A stretch of 30,822 bases of DNA from an uncultured Rickettsiales bacterium (lineage in GTDB: Bacteria; Pseudomonadota; Alphaproteobacteria; Rickettsiales; Deianiraeaceae): the NCBI GenBank assembly GCA_946544555.1, contig CAMNMI010000001.1, forward strand, positions 1-30,822, read 5' to 3'. Positions 1 through 9,169 of the stretch are shown in pieces. Position numbers and translations under genes: made by a program. The first letter of the stretch is position 1. The number at the start of each line of letters is the position of its first letter. The notes beneath the pieces were generated by a model, which ran no database searches, had not been told where the DNA came from, and saw only the letters and a program-made list of their open reading frames with translations.

Positions 1-492
1 ATTGACTATTTTAGATACTTTTTGATTGCTTCAACTACGTTTGGTAACGATGCAGATTACTCGCGTGCACGGCTGGTTGAAATGGTGAATGCCAATCTTG
101 TCAATAACCTCGGGAACTTGGTGCAGCGCGTTTGCAGCATGCTTGTAAAGAATTTTGCAGATAAATGTGGAAAAATAAGTAAGCAGTTTGAAAAAATGGA
201 TTTTGAAGATGAGATTGACAAAATTGATTTCACTGGTATCTTGCAGAAGATTTTTGCTGAGGCCACAAAACTAAATCAGGAGTTTGACAGTGCCGAGCCA
301 TGGGTTTTAGTCAAAGGTTCGGACGAGGACAAACAGCGTGCGTTTGATATTTTGTCAAGTTTTGTGCCAAGAATTATCCGTGTTGTTGATGCATTGGAGC
401 CATTTTGTCCGCACATTTGCCCGATGTTGATTGAAAACTTGAAGCTCACTTCTATGCCAAAGGTTGTTTGCGTGAGGTTGGTAGAAAAATAA
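1..492 (+). CDS. metG: Methionyl-tRNA synthetase, C-terminal part (5' end outside the window)
   Basis: Frame is open from base 1 (IDYFRYFLIASTTFGNDADYS...NANLVNNLGNLVQR...EPWVLVK...LEPFCP), matching the MetRS anticodon-binding domain pattern D..RY.L.....G.D.DFS / N.LGNL..R / PW / L.P..P. Confidence 0.8.
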   Translation: MDYFRYFLIASTTFGNDADYSRARLVEMVNANLVNNLGNLVQRVCSMLVKNFADKCGKISKQFEKMDFEDEIDKIDFTGILQKIFAEATKLNQEFDSAEPWVLVKGSDEDKQRAFDILSSFVPRIIRVVDALEPFCPHICPMLIENLKLTSMPKVVCVRLVEK

Positions 493-576
493 CTTAAAAC
501 CAAAGAATTATACAAAAATAATACAAATTGCAAATTCTTTCTTCCATCCTCAACATTCCTACCCACAAATCCTACC

Positions 577-1089
577 ATGTCTCAATATTTAGATTTATAT
601 TCCGCTGCGAAGAAGTGGCTTGGTGTACCGTTCAGGTGGCATGGACATACAAAGGACGGCTGTGATTGTATTGGTTTGATTGTTGGCATTTTGCATGAAA
701 AAAATGCAATAACCGATGAAGATTTAGCGTTATTTGAACAATGTAGGTATGGCCACAATTTGAGTAGAATTTGCGAGCAATATGTTAATCATATGATGCT
801 TAAATATTTCAACAAATACGAAGAAAATGAATTGAAGAATGGCCTTGTTTTTCGTATGAAGGACTATAATGCACTGTATCACTTTGCAATTTATGGGAAT
901 GGACAAATAATCCATACGACAAGCGAGGTTGGATGCGTTTTTCAAGCAAACTTTGATGATAATTTGAAGTCAAAAGTGCAAGATATTTTTGTGCTAAAGG
1001 ATGAGATTTTACGCAACAGAATAAAACATGAATTGCCAAGATGTCAGAAAGGTTTGCCGCAAACTTGGCCGACATTTTGCAGGTTATAG
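577..1089 (+). CDS. NlpC/P60-family peptidase, GTA/phage cell-wall-peptidase type
   Basis: AKKWLGVPFRWHG..KDGCDCIGLI (catalytic Cys motif), then HFAIY...IIH (catalytic His and third polar residue). The 3' end overlaps the opposite-strand ORF by 46 bp. Confidence 0.8.
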   Translation: MSQYLDLYSAAKKWLGVPFRWHGHTKDGCDCIGLIVGILHEKNAITDEDLALFEQCRYGHNLSRICEQYVNHMMLKYFNKYEENELKNGLVFRMKDYNALYHFAIYGNGQIIHTTSEVGCVFQANFDDNLKSKVQDIFVLKDEILRNRIKHELPRCQKGLPQTWPTFCRL

Positions 1090-2351
1090 TTGGATTGTTG
1101 GTTGTTATTCATCATATATTGGTATTGCTGTTGATATTGTTGGTAATATTTTTGGAAATTTTGTGCTTGGTTTTCTTGGTTCATTGTTTGCTGTGGGGCA
1201 CAACTTTGTAAATTATAATATGACTGATAATTTGATGGCATTATGACTGGATAACACATTACTGGCTGAGCTGGCATAGGTGAATTTCTCTGACCTTGGT
1301 TTAATAATTGTTCTGCCTTTTTTTGTGCCTCTTTTTTCTTGTGTTTTCTGTAAAGATGCACACAAACAGCAACAATTGTAATGACTGCAATTACTGCGAC
1401 TGCAATAATAATACCCATCTGCAATTTGTCCCAGTATGACTTTTCGTTTCTGTCAATGCCTGCAATTTTATCTTTTGTCTCCTGTGTTGTATGTTCTTCC
1501 AATATCTTTTTTAGCTCTGGGTCTTCCATGCATTTGTCCCAGAATTCTGCTGTTGCTTTTGGTGGATGAAATTTATTATCACTGCCGGTTCCATTATCAA
1601 GCTGGAAATCAATATTGCCAAGGTGCTTGACAAATTCAGGATCTTTGCAAAGCTCTTTAAAAGCAGCCACGTGGTCGTCAATGGATGTTGTGAATGGTCC
1701 AAACGAAGGAAGTGAATCCATGCAAATATTAATCTTCCCATCAGGCCCCAACTGAGAGAAGTCAATATTTTTCATGTTATTCAAATTGTGCCAATTTCCT
1801 AAGCTATAACCTTGGCTATTTAGATTGACATTTCCATTTTGTCCACCAATTATACTATTTGTTATTTCTGCTGATTTAGCACCTCTTGCGGCTGCCTCGT
1901 TGGTTCCTGCAATTATATCTCCTCCACCTTGCGGAGAGTTGCTGTGAATAATGACTGCCTCATCGCTTTTATAAGCTTGGCCGTCAAACATTTTTTTCAG
2001 TGCATCTTCTTCTTCCCATGTTCCATGTGAATATTGTTGTATATCTGCCGCACCATTGCCATTTGTATCTGGAATTTTGATGTTCTTCAATGCATCAACT
2101 TCTGCGGAATTGTTTGGATCAACAATTCTCATTGAATGGGTTCCATCTTCGTTGGCATATGTAACAATTGAAAGATTTTTGTCTTTGAAATTATCCAACA
2201 AGTAATCATCCAGTTTGTTTTCGCTGCTAAAAAAGTTGCCAGCAAAATCTTCAACATGAAGCTTTCCAGCGTTGATGTCTGACACAAATTGGTTGTAGCC
2301 GGCCTCGTTGTTTGTATAAGTATTTCCGCCAAATGTCATTGTGTCAGGCAT
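1044..2351 (-). CDS. Hypothetical membrane protein: large N-terminal domain, single TM helix, basic cluster, Q/N/Y-rich tail
   Basis: 435-aa ORF; TM GIIIAVAVIAVITIVAVCVHLY followed by RKHKKKE; tail QQYQQQYQY/NNNQQ; no signal peptide. Confidence 0.7.
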   Translation of the reverse strand: MPDTMTFGGNTYTNNEAGYNQFVSDINAGKLHVEDFAGNFFSSENKLDDYLLDNFKDKNLSIVTYANEDGTHSMRIVDPNNSAEVDALKNIKIPDTNGNGAADIQQYSHGTWEEEDALKKMFDGQAYKSDEAVIIHSNSPQGGGDIIAGTNEAAARGAKSAEITNSIIGGQNGNVNLNSQGYSLGNWHNLNNMKNIDFSQLGPDGKINICMDSLPSFGPFTTSIDDHVAAFKELCKDPEFVKHLGNIDFQLDNGTGSDNKFHPPKATAEFWDKCMEDPELKKILEEHTTQETKDKIAGIDRNEKSYWDKLQMGIIIAVAVIAVITIVAVCVHLYRKHKKKEAQKKAEQLLNQGQRNSPMPAQPVMCYPVIMPSNYQSYYNLQSCAPQQTMNQENQAQNFQKYYQQYQQQYQYMMNNNQQSNYNLQNVGQVCGKPF

Positions 2352-2395
2352 GTTTGAATACTAAAATACAGGATATTTTACCATTTTTTAATTTA

Positions 2396-2423
2396 TTGAC
2401 AATAAAAAAGTGATTTCTATCAA
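2396..2423 (+). promoter_or_regulatory. Candidate sigma70 promoter for the pgk-like gene
   Basis: TTGACA-N16-TATCAA, ending 14 nt upstream of the ATG at 2438. Confidence 0.35.
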
Positions 2424-2437
2424 AAGTTGCTGTTTGA

Positions 2438-3664
2438 ATGGTGAATTTTGATGTTGTTAACGACATTGTTATCACAAGCAAAACCATATTTTTACGGTGC
2501 GATTTGAACGTTCCAGTTGAGAACGGAGTTATCACGGACGACACCAAAATTGTCAGAGAAATGCCAATGATAAACTATCTCGTCAAGAATGGCGCAAGAG
2601 TGGTTTTGGCTACTCATTTAGGCACTCCAAACGGCAATGTTGATGAGAAATTCTCAACAAAAATTATAGCAGATTATCTTGAACGAAGAATGAGATGCAA
2701 GGTGCATTTTTCAGAGGAATGTGTTGGCGAGCAGGCAAAAAAAGTGATTTTCCGTGCGTCTTATGGAGAGATTATTGTGCTTGAAAATTTGGCCTTTCAT
2801 CGCGAAGAATTTGCATGCGATTTGAACTTCGCACAGAAGCTGTCCGATGGCATAAATGTTTATGTCAACGACACATTTGAGAGCAGTCATTTGCCGTTTG
2901 CGTCAATATTGGGCGTGCCTCTGTTTGTGCGGGCGACCGCTGGAATTAGATTGGCAAAAGAAGTGGAAAATCTGAACTGCATTATCAACAATGAAGATAA
3001 AATGCCGATTATTGCAATCATTGGTGGGAACCGATTTTCAAAGCACGTTGATTTGATTAGAAATCTGGTTGACAAAGTCCAGTATTTGGTGCTCGGAGGA
3101 ACAATTGCAAATGTATTTTTAAAGGCCAATGGATATAAAATTGGCAAGTCCATCATTGAAGAAGGATTTACTGACTTTGTTTTTGAAATGCACGAAAAGG
3201 CCAAAAAAAGCGGTTGCAACATCATTTTTCCACATGATTTTGTAGTGTCAAAAAACATTGTATTGAACCCTAATGTTGAAATCAAGTCAGCCGACAAAAT
3301 CGTAAGCGATGACATAATTATTGATGTTGGACCAGTATTTATTAACCTCGTCAAGGACATTTTGAATACGAAAGCCAACGTTTTGTGGCATGGCTCTATG
3401 GGTGTCTACGAGCGCGTTGATGTCGGTACGCTTGACATTGCAAAATATATTGCCGCGCGCAGTTGTGCAAGAATAAAAAAAATTCACTCCGTTGTTGGCG
3501 GAAATGACACTGTCAAGTTTATCAAAAAACATAATTTGATTGACAAATTTTCGTATGTTTCCACCTCTGGGAACGCATTTTTTGAGTATTTGCAAGGAAA
3601 AATCCTTCCCGGTATTGAAATCCTTCACCGTTTGAGTAGCTACGAAGAACGCAAGAGGAAATAA
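2438..3664 (+). CDS. pgk: Phosphoglycerate kinase homologue, full length but with degenerate active-site motifs
   Basis: Co-linear PGK motifs: RCDLNVP, DDTK, HLG.P, ENL.F, VNDTF, IIGG, LGG, DVGP, W.G.MG.YE, VGG.DT, VST, G..LPG. Confidence 0.9.
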   Translation: MVNFDVVNDIVITSKTIFLRCDLNVPVENGVITDDTKIVREMPMINYLVKNGARVVLATHLGTPNGNVDEKFSTKIIADYLERRMRCKVHFSEECVGEQAKKVIFRASYGEIIVLENLAFHREEFACDLNFAQKLSDGINVYVNDTFESSHLPFASILGVPLFVRATAGIRLAKEVENLNCIINNEDKMPIIAIIGGNRFSKHVDLIRNLVDKVQYLVLGGTIANVFLKANGYKIGKSIIEEGFTDFVFEMHEKAKKSGCNIIFPHDFVVSKNIVLNPNVEIKSADKIVSDDIIIDVGPVFINLVKDILNTKANVLWHGSMGVYERVDVGTLDIAKYIAARSCARIKKIHSVVGGNDTVKFIKKHNLIDKFSYVSTSGNAFFEYLQGKILPGIEILHRLSSYEERKRK

Positions 3665-5377
3665 TTAACCAATATTCCGTTTTTCTGCTAACTCCTGAGC
3701 GGTTCCCTTAAATGTTTCCGTCCATCCGCCTTTTCCATCGCGGCGCAGACAAAGCATTTGGTAATCAGCTTCAATGCGGGGACCATAAAGGTAAAAATCT
3801 TTGCCATTGTAGTTTGGGTTTATCACTTCGTAGCCAAGCCAATTAGCCACTAAATTAGCCATTTCGTAGTGAGTGATAAAGCTCATTTTTTTCAATTTAT
3901 CAAACAGTTTTTTGTCTGCTTTTTTTACATAGACAAGTCCAGGAACATTTGATACATCCGTTGTCAATGCTGAATGTCCAAACAAACTATATGCATGATG
4001 TGCCTCGCCGTCTGATCCAATCAAGTCGCCATGGTCAGCGGTGTACAAAATATATTCCGCGCCATTTTGTTTAGAGTATTCAATGGTTTTTGAAATCAGT
4101 TCATCAGTCATTAAAATCGCATTGTGATATTCTGCGCGCGTTTTTGAAATCTTGTCAGTCAAGTCCTTGAACTTTACAAATTCTGGATGACCGCGATAAT
4201 TCCAGCTGTAAGGTAGGTGTGGCGTTTTGAATTGTATCACAACAAAGTGTTTTCCTTGCGACAAATCAAGGTTTTTGAATAAATCCAGTAGAAACCAATC
4301 ACCTTCTTTTTTAATTTTTAAAGCGTGAATTCCCATGGAAGTGACAACGTTGTCCGCAACAATTCCGCCGTATTCAACATTGTTGTTCTCCTGCGAGCTT
4401 ATCCAGTGTGTTTTGTAGCCATTTTCTTTTGCCATTTTGAAGAGATTTTGTTGCTGTTTTTGGAGCGTTTTGCTGAGATTGTGCGGATGATGCAGTAAGT
4501 TGAAGAAAATTGGCGTCGATGCAAGTGTTCCAACCCCGCCGCTGAAACCTCTTATTGCGATGAAGTTTTGCGGGTTATTTGCCACCATTTTGCGGATTTT
4601 AGGTGTTGTATCGCGACCTTGTTTTAGTAAATTCTTATTCAAAAAGCTCATGTCAGGCCAATTTGTGCTCTCTCCCCAGATGACGACAATCAGTCGCGGA
4701 GAGTTCTTATTCACCAGCTTGATTTGCACGCCGGAGTTTTCATCTGGGTATTTAATTGCGTCCTCCTTGCGCCACAGATGAGTAATTGTGTATGGAAAAA
4801 CCCTTGAAACATTGTGAAATGATGTACGGGTTGGCTTTGGCATAGCCCTAATCATATCCATGTTGTAGCCATACCACATCATCCAGCAGAAGGCGAAAAT
4901 AATAGCTATATCGCAGACGAAGAACCTCATCATGCGCTTTCTGTATTTGATTGTGACAAACAAAAACAGCGCAAACGGCACAACCACAAATGGCATGAAC
5001 CATGCTGTCATGCTCAAACTTTCAAGGATGTCGCCACTCTCGCGGAAGCAGTTAATGATGTCATCTGGATTGACTGGCACGCCTGAAAAAGAGATATAAA
5101 CGCAGTTCCCAAAGATTGCAATAAAGTAAAATATTGCAACAAACAAGATAATTGGTAGAGTTGCAAAGGTCAGTAAAAAACAGCACAGAACACCAATTGC
5201 CACTATTGGCAAATTGACGTTTATACCAATGATTTTTCTTGCAACCAGCACTGCGTCAGGAATGAAAATCATTGTCCCAAGCAGTAAAAATGCCAGCAGG
5301 TTATATTTAACATTTCCACCACCATTCCTATTCAGGAGGAAATATTTCAAATGCGACATCATCTTCTTTTTATTCAT
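3665..5377 (-). CDS. Phosphoethanolamine-transferase (EptA/PptA/CptA-like) alkaline-phosphatase-superfamily protein
   Basis: N-terminal TM helices, then VIWGES, GTLAS.P (nucleophile Thr), PHLPY, YHNAILMTD, ADHG and a later GH; the metal/catalytic residue set appears retained. Confidence 0.8.
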   Translation of the reverse strand: MNKKKMMSHLKYFLLNRNGGGNVKYNLLAFLLLGTMIFIPDAVLVARKIIGINVNLPIVAIGVLCCFLLTFATLPIILFVAIFYFIAIFGNCVYISFSGVPVNPDDIINCFRESGDILESLSMTAWFMPFVVVPFALFLFVTIKYRKRMMRFFVCDIAIIFAFCWMMWYGYNMDMIRAMPKPTRTSFHNVSRVFPYTITHLWRKEDAIKYPDENSGVQIKLVNKNSPRLIVVIWGESTNWPDMSFLNKNLLKQGRDTTPKIRKMVANNPQNFIAIRGFSGGVGTLASTPIFFNLLHHPHNLSKTLQKQQQNLFKMAKENGYKTHWISSQENNNVEYGGIVADNVVTSMGIHALKIKKEGDWFLLDLFKNLDLSQGKHFVVIQFKTPHLPYSWNYRGHPEFVKFKDLTDKISKTRAEYHNAILMTDELISKTIEYSKQNGAEYILYTADHGDLIGSDGEAHHAYSLFGHSALTTDVSNVPGLVYVKKADKKLFDKLKKMSFITHYEMANLVANWLGYEVINPNYNGKDFYLYGPRIEADYQMLCLRRDGKGGWTETFKGTAQELAEKRNIG

Positions 5378-5378
5378 A

Positions 5379-6560
5379 TTATCTCATTTCCAGCCCTGCT
5401 TTGTAGAGCAATCCGCCAAGCGTTTCATAGCCAATTTGGTCGTCAAAGAATTTCGTTTTTTCACCTTTATAGAAGATGAACGGCGAGTGATTTGCTGCTG
5501 CGGTTTGGTTAAACATTGCTCTGCCTTTAATGCCAAATGTGTTGTTTGTGCCGACATTCAAGCAGTTTTGTGCTGAAAATTTTGTCCTCGCATCGGCGTT
5601 TGTTGCGGTCAATTTTGTTATCTTCTGGGGCTTGCCGCTACGTGTTGAATTTGGTTTCAGTGCGCATGTTTTTTCACCGTCCTCACCATGACTGACAATC
5701 GCATATGCAACGGTGCCATTTTGATCCAAAAACTTGGTGTTGGCCGCATTTTTTGCTGTTGTCTCTACATCCTTGATACGAATTCCATAAGGTGGAACTT
5801 TCCATGTCTTTCTTCCGTTGTTTGTGTCTGTTGCATTTGTGTAGTTATAATAATAATACTCAATCATTGACAATGCTTGTCCTTCCTTCATTTTTTCGGA
5901 ACCGCATGGATAGTCGCTGTCGCTGGATGAACCATATGTCGTGCCATTATTATTTCCGCAAGCATGTTGAGGATTGGTAGCATTTTCGGTTGTATTATAA
6001 TATACGGTTGTATAACCTTTTTTTGTAAACGTCTCTGGTGCACCATGATAAGTGTGAGTGTCTACCGGGTCAACCAGATGTGAAATTGTGTAATATTCAA
6101 AGAAATTTCCGTACATATCGGTTGCATCGTCTTGTGAAAGGCCGAGCTCTTTGAATGGGACGATACCATATCTGATTGTATCATACAAGTTGCCTTCACA
6201 AATACCTAAACGATAATTTGTGCCAATATTTTCATGATAACCATTTCCGCGTTGCTGGTTTGCAGTTTTATAAATTGTCCAGTCGCGCGCATTGTTGTTT
6301 CCCATCACATCACACTCACTTCCAAACAGCTTTGTGTCTTGGTTGTGGAGGAGATAAGATGCTGGCGCTGGCAGCCGTTTGTGCATGGTGAAATATGTCT
6401 GCAAGGCCTGTTGGATAACCTCAATTTTCTTCTGGTTTGCTTTATATTTGTATTTGCCATACAGCCCTGATGATGCTTTGATGCTGAGCGAAATCAGCGC
6501 GCCGAGCACCGCCAAAACGACAGAAATTTCAATCAAGGTGAATGATTTTTTAAACCGCAC
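5379..6560 (-). CDS. Type IV pilin / T2SS pseudopilin-like protein with prepilin N-methylation motif
   Basis: GTG start; KKS|FTLIEISVVLAVLGALI class III signal with E+5; internal G.VP...LGL....D.YGN...Y and VAYAIVSHG motifs seen in long pilin-like proteins. Confidence 0.8.
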   Translation of the reverse strand: MRFKKSFTLIEISVVLAVLGALISLSIKASSGLYGKYKYKANQKKIEVIQQALQTYFTMHKRLPAPASYLLHNQDTKLFGSECDVMGNNNARDWTIYKTANQQRGNGYHENIGTNYRLGICEGNLYDTIRYGIVPFKELGLSQDDATDMYGNFFEYYTISHLVDPVDTHTYHGAPETFTKKGYTTVYYNTTENATNPQHACGNNNGTTYGSSSDSDYPCGSEKMKEGQALSMIEYYYYNYTNATDTNNGRKTWKVPPYGIRIKDVETTAKNAANTKFLDQNGTVAYAIVSHGEDGEKTCALKPNSTRSGKPQKITKLTATNADARTKFSAQNCLNVGTNNTFGIKGRAMFNQTAAANHSPFIFYKGEKTKFFDDQIGYETLGGLLYKAGLEMR

Positions 6561-6645
6561 AATATGATTTTAGAGTAGAATAATAAATGTCAAGATTGAA
6601 GTAAAGCGTGATCTTGCAAAACAGAGAGAAATATAATTAGACCAT

Positions 6646-7314
6646 TCACTTCTCTGATACTTCCTTCAATAACTTCTCCGCGGCGTCTTCTTCAGCCAGT
6701 TTTTTACGCGCCCCACAGCCTTCCGCCATGTATTTACCTACCTGCACTTGGACGAGAAAAGTTGGAGCGTTTTCTGATCCTGTTTTGTCAATCAGAGTAT
6801 ATTTTGGCAAGCAACCATATTTCTTCTGGGTATATTCTTGGAGCTCCATTTTAGCATCCTTATATTGGCGAGCAGAGGCAAGATACGGTTCAAATAGGAA
6901 GGAAATAACCTCGTAGGCCTTATCAATGCCAAATTCAAGGTAGATTATGCAAACAAAACTCTCCATGATGTCTGCAAGACAATGACTAACCAGCTGTGGT
7001 GTTTGCGGATGTGTCTTGACAAACTTATCAATATGTATGTCCTTCGCCACTTTTGCACAGACATTGCGAGAAATCAGCAAGGACTTCTTCTCACTCAATT
7101 CACCTTCTGTATCATGAGGAAAATTCTCAAACAGCATGCGAGAAATGCAAAAATTGAGGATAGTATCACCAAAAAATTCCAGTCGCTCATAATTTTTTTT
7201 CTTAGAAACAGACGAATGTGTCATAGCTTCCGCAAAGCGTTGAGAGCGCGTAATGTCGTATAATTCAAACCTGTCGCAGAAGTCAATAAAATCATCAAAA
7301 AATTTTTGTTGCAT
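6646..7314 (-). CDS. rnc: Ribonuclease III
   Basis: THSS...NYERLEFFGD signature, AD..ES; C-terminal dsRBD (KMELQE..Q...P.Y...G...K.AE..AA). Confidence 0.95.
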   Translation of the reverse strand: MQQKFFDDFIDFCDRFELYDITRSQRFAEAMTHSSVSKKKNYERLEFFGDTILNFCISRMLFENFPHDTEGELSEKKSLLISRNVCAKVAKDIHIDKFVKTHPQTPQLVSHCLADIMESFVCIIYLEFGIDKAYEVISFLFEPYLASARQYKDAKMELQEYTQKKYGCLPKYTLIDKTGSENAPTFLVQVQVGKYMAEGCGARKKLAEEDAAEKLLKEVSEK

Positions 7315-7365
7315 TTTAATAAGTTTATTTAGAATAGCACATATTGTTTAAATTGCAGTTCTAAA

Positions 7366-8049
7366 ATGTCAATAGCTTCCCAGCCCAAAAACAAAGATTT
7401 TAGAACAGAAGCTCAGGGCACAATCAGGTTTGATTTCATGAAGCAGGGGCTTGGTGGCAAAGAAAACAGTATTATCATTGACCGTTATGTTAAAATGTTT
7501 GACAAGCACTTTTTGAACTTCATAACCCAAAGACAACAAAGAGACTTGGCAATCTTGCAATGTGTTATGCAGTTTTTATTGCAACAAACAGAGTGTAATA
7601 AAAAAAACTTTCAGCACTTGCAAATGAGCTCAGCATTTACCATAGAAAGCAAGCATATACAAATAGATAATAGCATTGTACCTATTGACTGGCAGTTGAA
7701 TGTCCTACACTTAGAACAAGAAATGTCTACAATGAAGTCAATACATTCCTTCATACAAAATATTGTTTTCAAACATGCAACTGACTGTGATAAGAAGGCA
7801 GCAAAAAATCTTGCCAGCATAGACGCAAAAATAGAGAAAATTAAAAAACTAACAGACGAAGCCATGATGGATAGAATAACGCATGGGGATAAGTGCAGGG
7901 AATATATCCAAGACAAGCTGCATCCATTGAAAAAATACGAGGAAATATTAGAAAATATAGGTATGAATACTAATTTAGAAGAAGATTATATTCATTTGAA
8001 AGAATACTTAAATAAAGTTAAAGATTTGGATTTTAGCAAACCTTGTTAA
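7366..8049 (+). CDS. Hypothetical protein
   Basis: 227-aa ORF in AT-rich DNA filling the gap between rnc and the lipoproteins; no motif recognised. Confidence 0.55.
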   Translation: MSIASQPKNKDFRTEAQGTIRFDFMKQGLGGKENSIIIDRYVKMFDKHFLNFITQRQQRDLAILQCVMQFLLQQTECNKKNFQHLQMSSAFTIESKHIQIDNSIVPIDWQLNVLHLEQEMSTMKSIHSFIQNIVFKHATDCDKKAAKNLASIDAKIEKIKKLTDEAMMDRITHGDKCREYIQDKLHPLKKYEEILENIGMNTNLEEDYIHLKEYLNKVKDLDFSKPC

Positions 8050-8232
8050 TTTTTTATATTAAGCATTTATTGTTTCATCTGCCACCCAACTCATACCCCA
8101 ATTGTCGTGCATCTTCCAACTACACTCCATATCACCATAATAAAAATATAATATTTTATTAACAGAATATCTATATGCAAAAAAAGCTTGAATATTATAA
8201 ACTTCATGCATGTTGTTTTTAGGTCTTATAAT

Positions 8233-8598
8233 ATGCTGTTTGGCGCTGCAAAAAAACTATCATATCTCACATTTTGTGCTTTGTTTCTGACAAGTTGCTC
8301 CTATACAATGGAAGAGGCAGCTGAAACATTTGAAGATCGTCTTGAAAGTTTTGTGGGAAAACCAATGCAGTATGTTATCCGCCGTTGCGGGCATCCAACA
8401 AGATACATGAACAGAGCAGACCTTCCAGGAGAAGAGAGCGGAACTTACATGATATACAACTTCAAGCGTCTTAATAGTGAATGTGAAGTTATCCTAAAAT
8501 ATAAAAAAGGCACGCTTGAAATTATTGACTGGGATTACAGTGGATATTGTCTTAATACCAGCAGATTGAAAATAGATGATCAGTGTTTCGGATTATGA
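8233..8598 (+). CDS. Putative lipoprotein, possibly SmpA/OmlA-like fold (paralogue 1)
   Basis: Start moved to the ATG at 8233 to give a signal peptide with lipobox FLTS|C; FVGK...G.P motif; two further Cys near the C-terminus. Confidence 0.65.
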   Translation: MLFGAAKKLSYLTFCALFLTSCSYTMEEAAETFEDRLESFVGKPMQYVIRRCGHPTRYMNRADLPGEESGTYMIYNFKRLNSECEVILKYKKGTLEIIDWDYSGYCLNTSRLKIDDQCFGL

Positions 8599-9020
8599 TA
8601 TTTGGAAAAGTCTCAACTTGTTTATTGGTTGCAACGTCCTTGGTGGTCTTGCCATCATGTTCTTATATCCAAAATTCACGTCCATACACAGCCATCTCTG
8701 ATTGGATACATTCCGACAGTCGTCCAGAAAACATCAAGCAGCAGCGTCAATCTTCTTCTAACTTTGAGGATGCCATCGGTTCATATGTCGGGAAATCACC
8801 AAACGAACTCTATAAAGATCTCGGTGATCCAGCTGACTACAAAGTCGTTGTTAACTCCGAAGATCAAATAATTGGTGCTCGCATTATATACGAATATATC
8901 TATAACTTTGCAACAAAACAAAATGACTGCACTATCACTTTCCACACCGATGCATCCCAGTCAGTCATCAAGTCAGTAGATTATAACTCAAAAAAGTGTT
9001 ATTACATCGCGCGCTTCTGA
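8595..9020 (+). CDS. Putative lipoprotein, possibly SmpA/OmlA-like fold (paralogue 2)
   Basis: ATG 8595 overlaps the upstream TGA (ATGA coupling); lipobox VLPS|C; YVGKS..EL...LG.P motif; two further Cys. Confidence 0.65.
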   Translation: MIFGKVSTCLLVATSLVVLPSCSYIQNSRPYTAISDWIHSDSRPENIKQQRQSSSNFEDAIGSYVGKSPNELYKDLGDPADYKVVVNSEDQIIGARIIYEYIYNFATKQNDCTITFHTDASQSVIKSVDYNSKKCYYIARF

Positions 9021-9036
9021 TGTTCCACGTGGAACA
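9021..9036. promoter_or_regulatory. parS: parS centromere site 1
   Basis: Perfect palindrome TGTTCCACGTGGAACA matching the widespread parS consensus TGTTNCACGTGNAACA; intergenic. Confidence 0.85.
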
Positions 9037-9077
9037 TTTGCACCGTGATGAAAGATGGATTTTTTCCGACATGTTAA

Positions 9078-9093
9078 TGTTCCATGTGGAACA
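9078..9093. promoter_or_regulatory. parS: parS centromere site 2
   Basis: TGTTCCATGTGGAACA (15/16 to site 1), within a 28-bp inverted repeat at 9072-9099 with 13-bp arms. Confidence 0.75.
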
Positions 9094-9169
9094 TTAACAG
9101 AGGGTGATAAGAAGTTGGTTATGTGGTGCACTTGAAAGTTAGAAAAATGAATTATTTATTATTGTTGAT

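Noticed and set aside
9124-9132. TGGTGCACT match to the tRNA-Arg 3' end as an att site
   Set aside because: Only 9 nt, which is expected by chance in 30 kb; there is no integrase.
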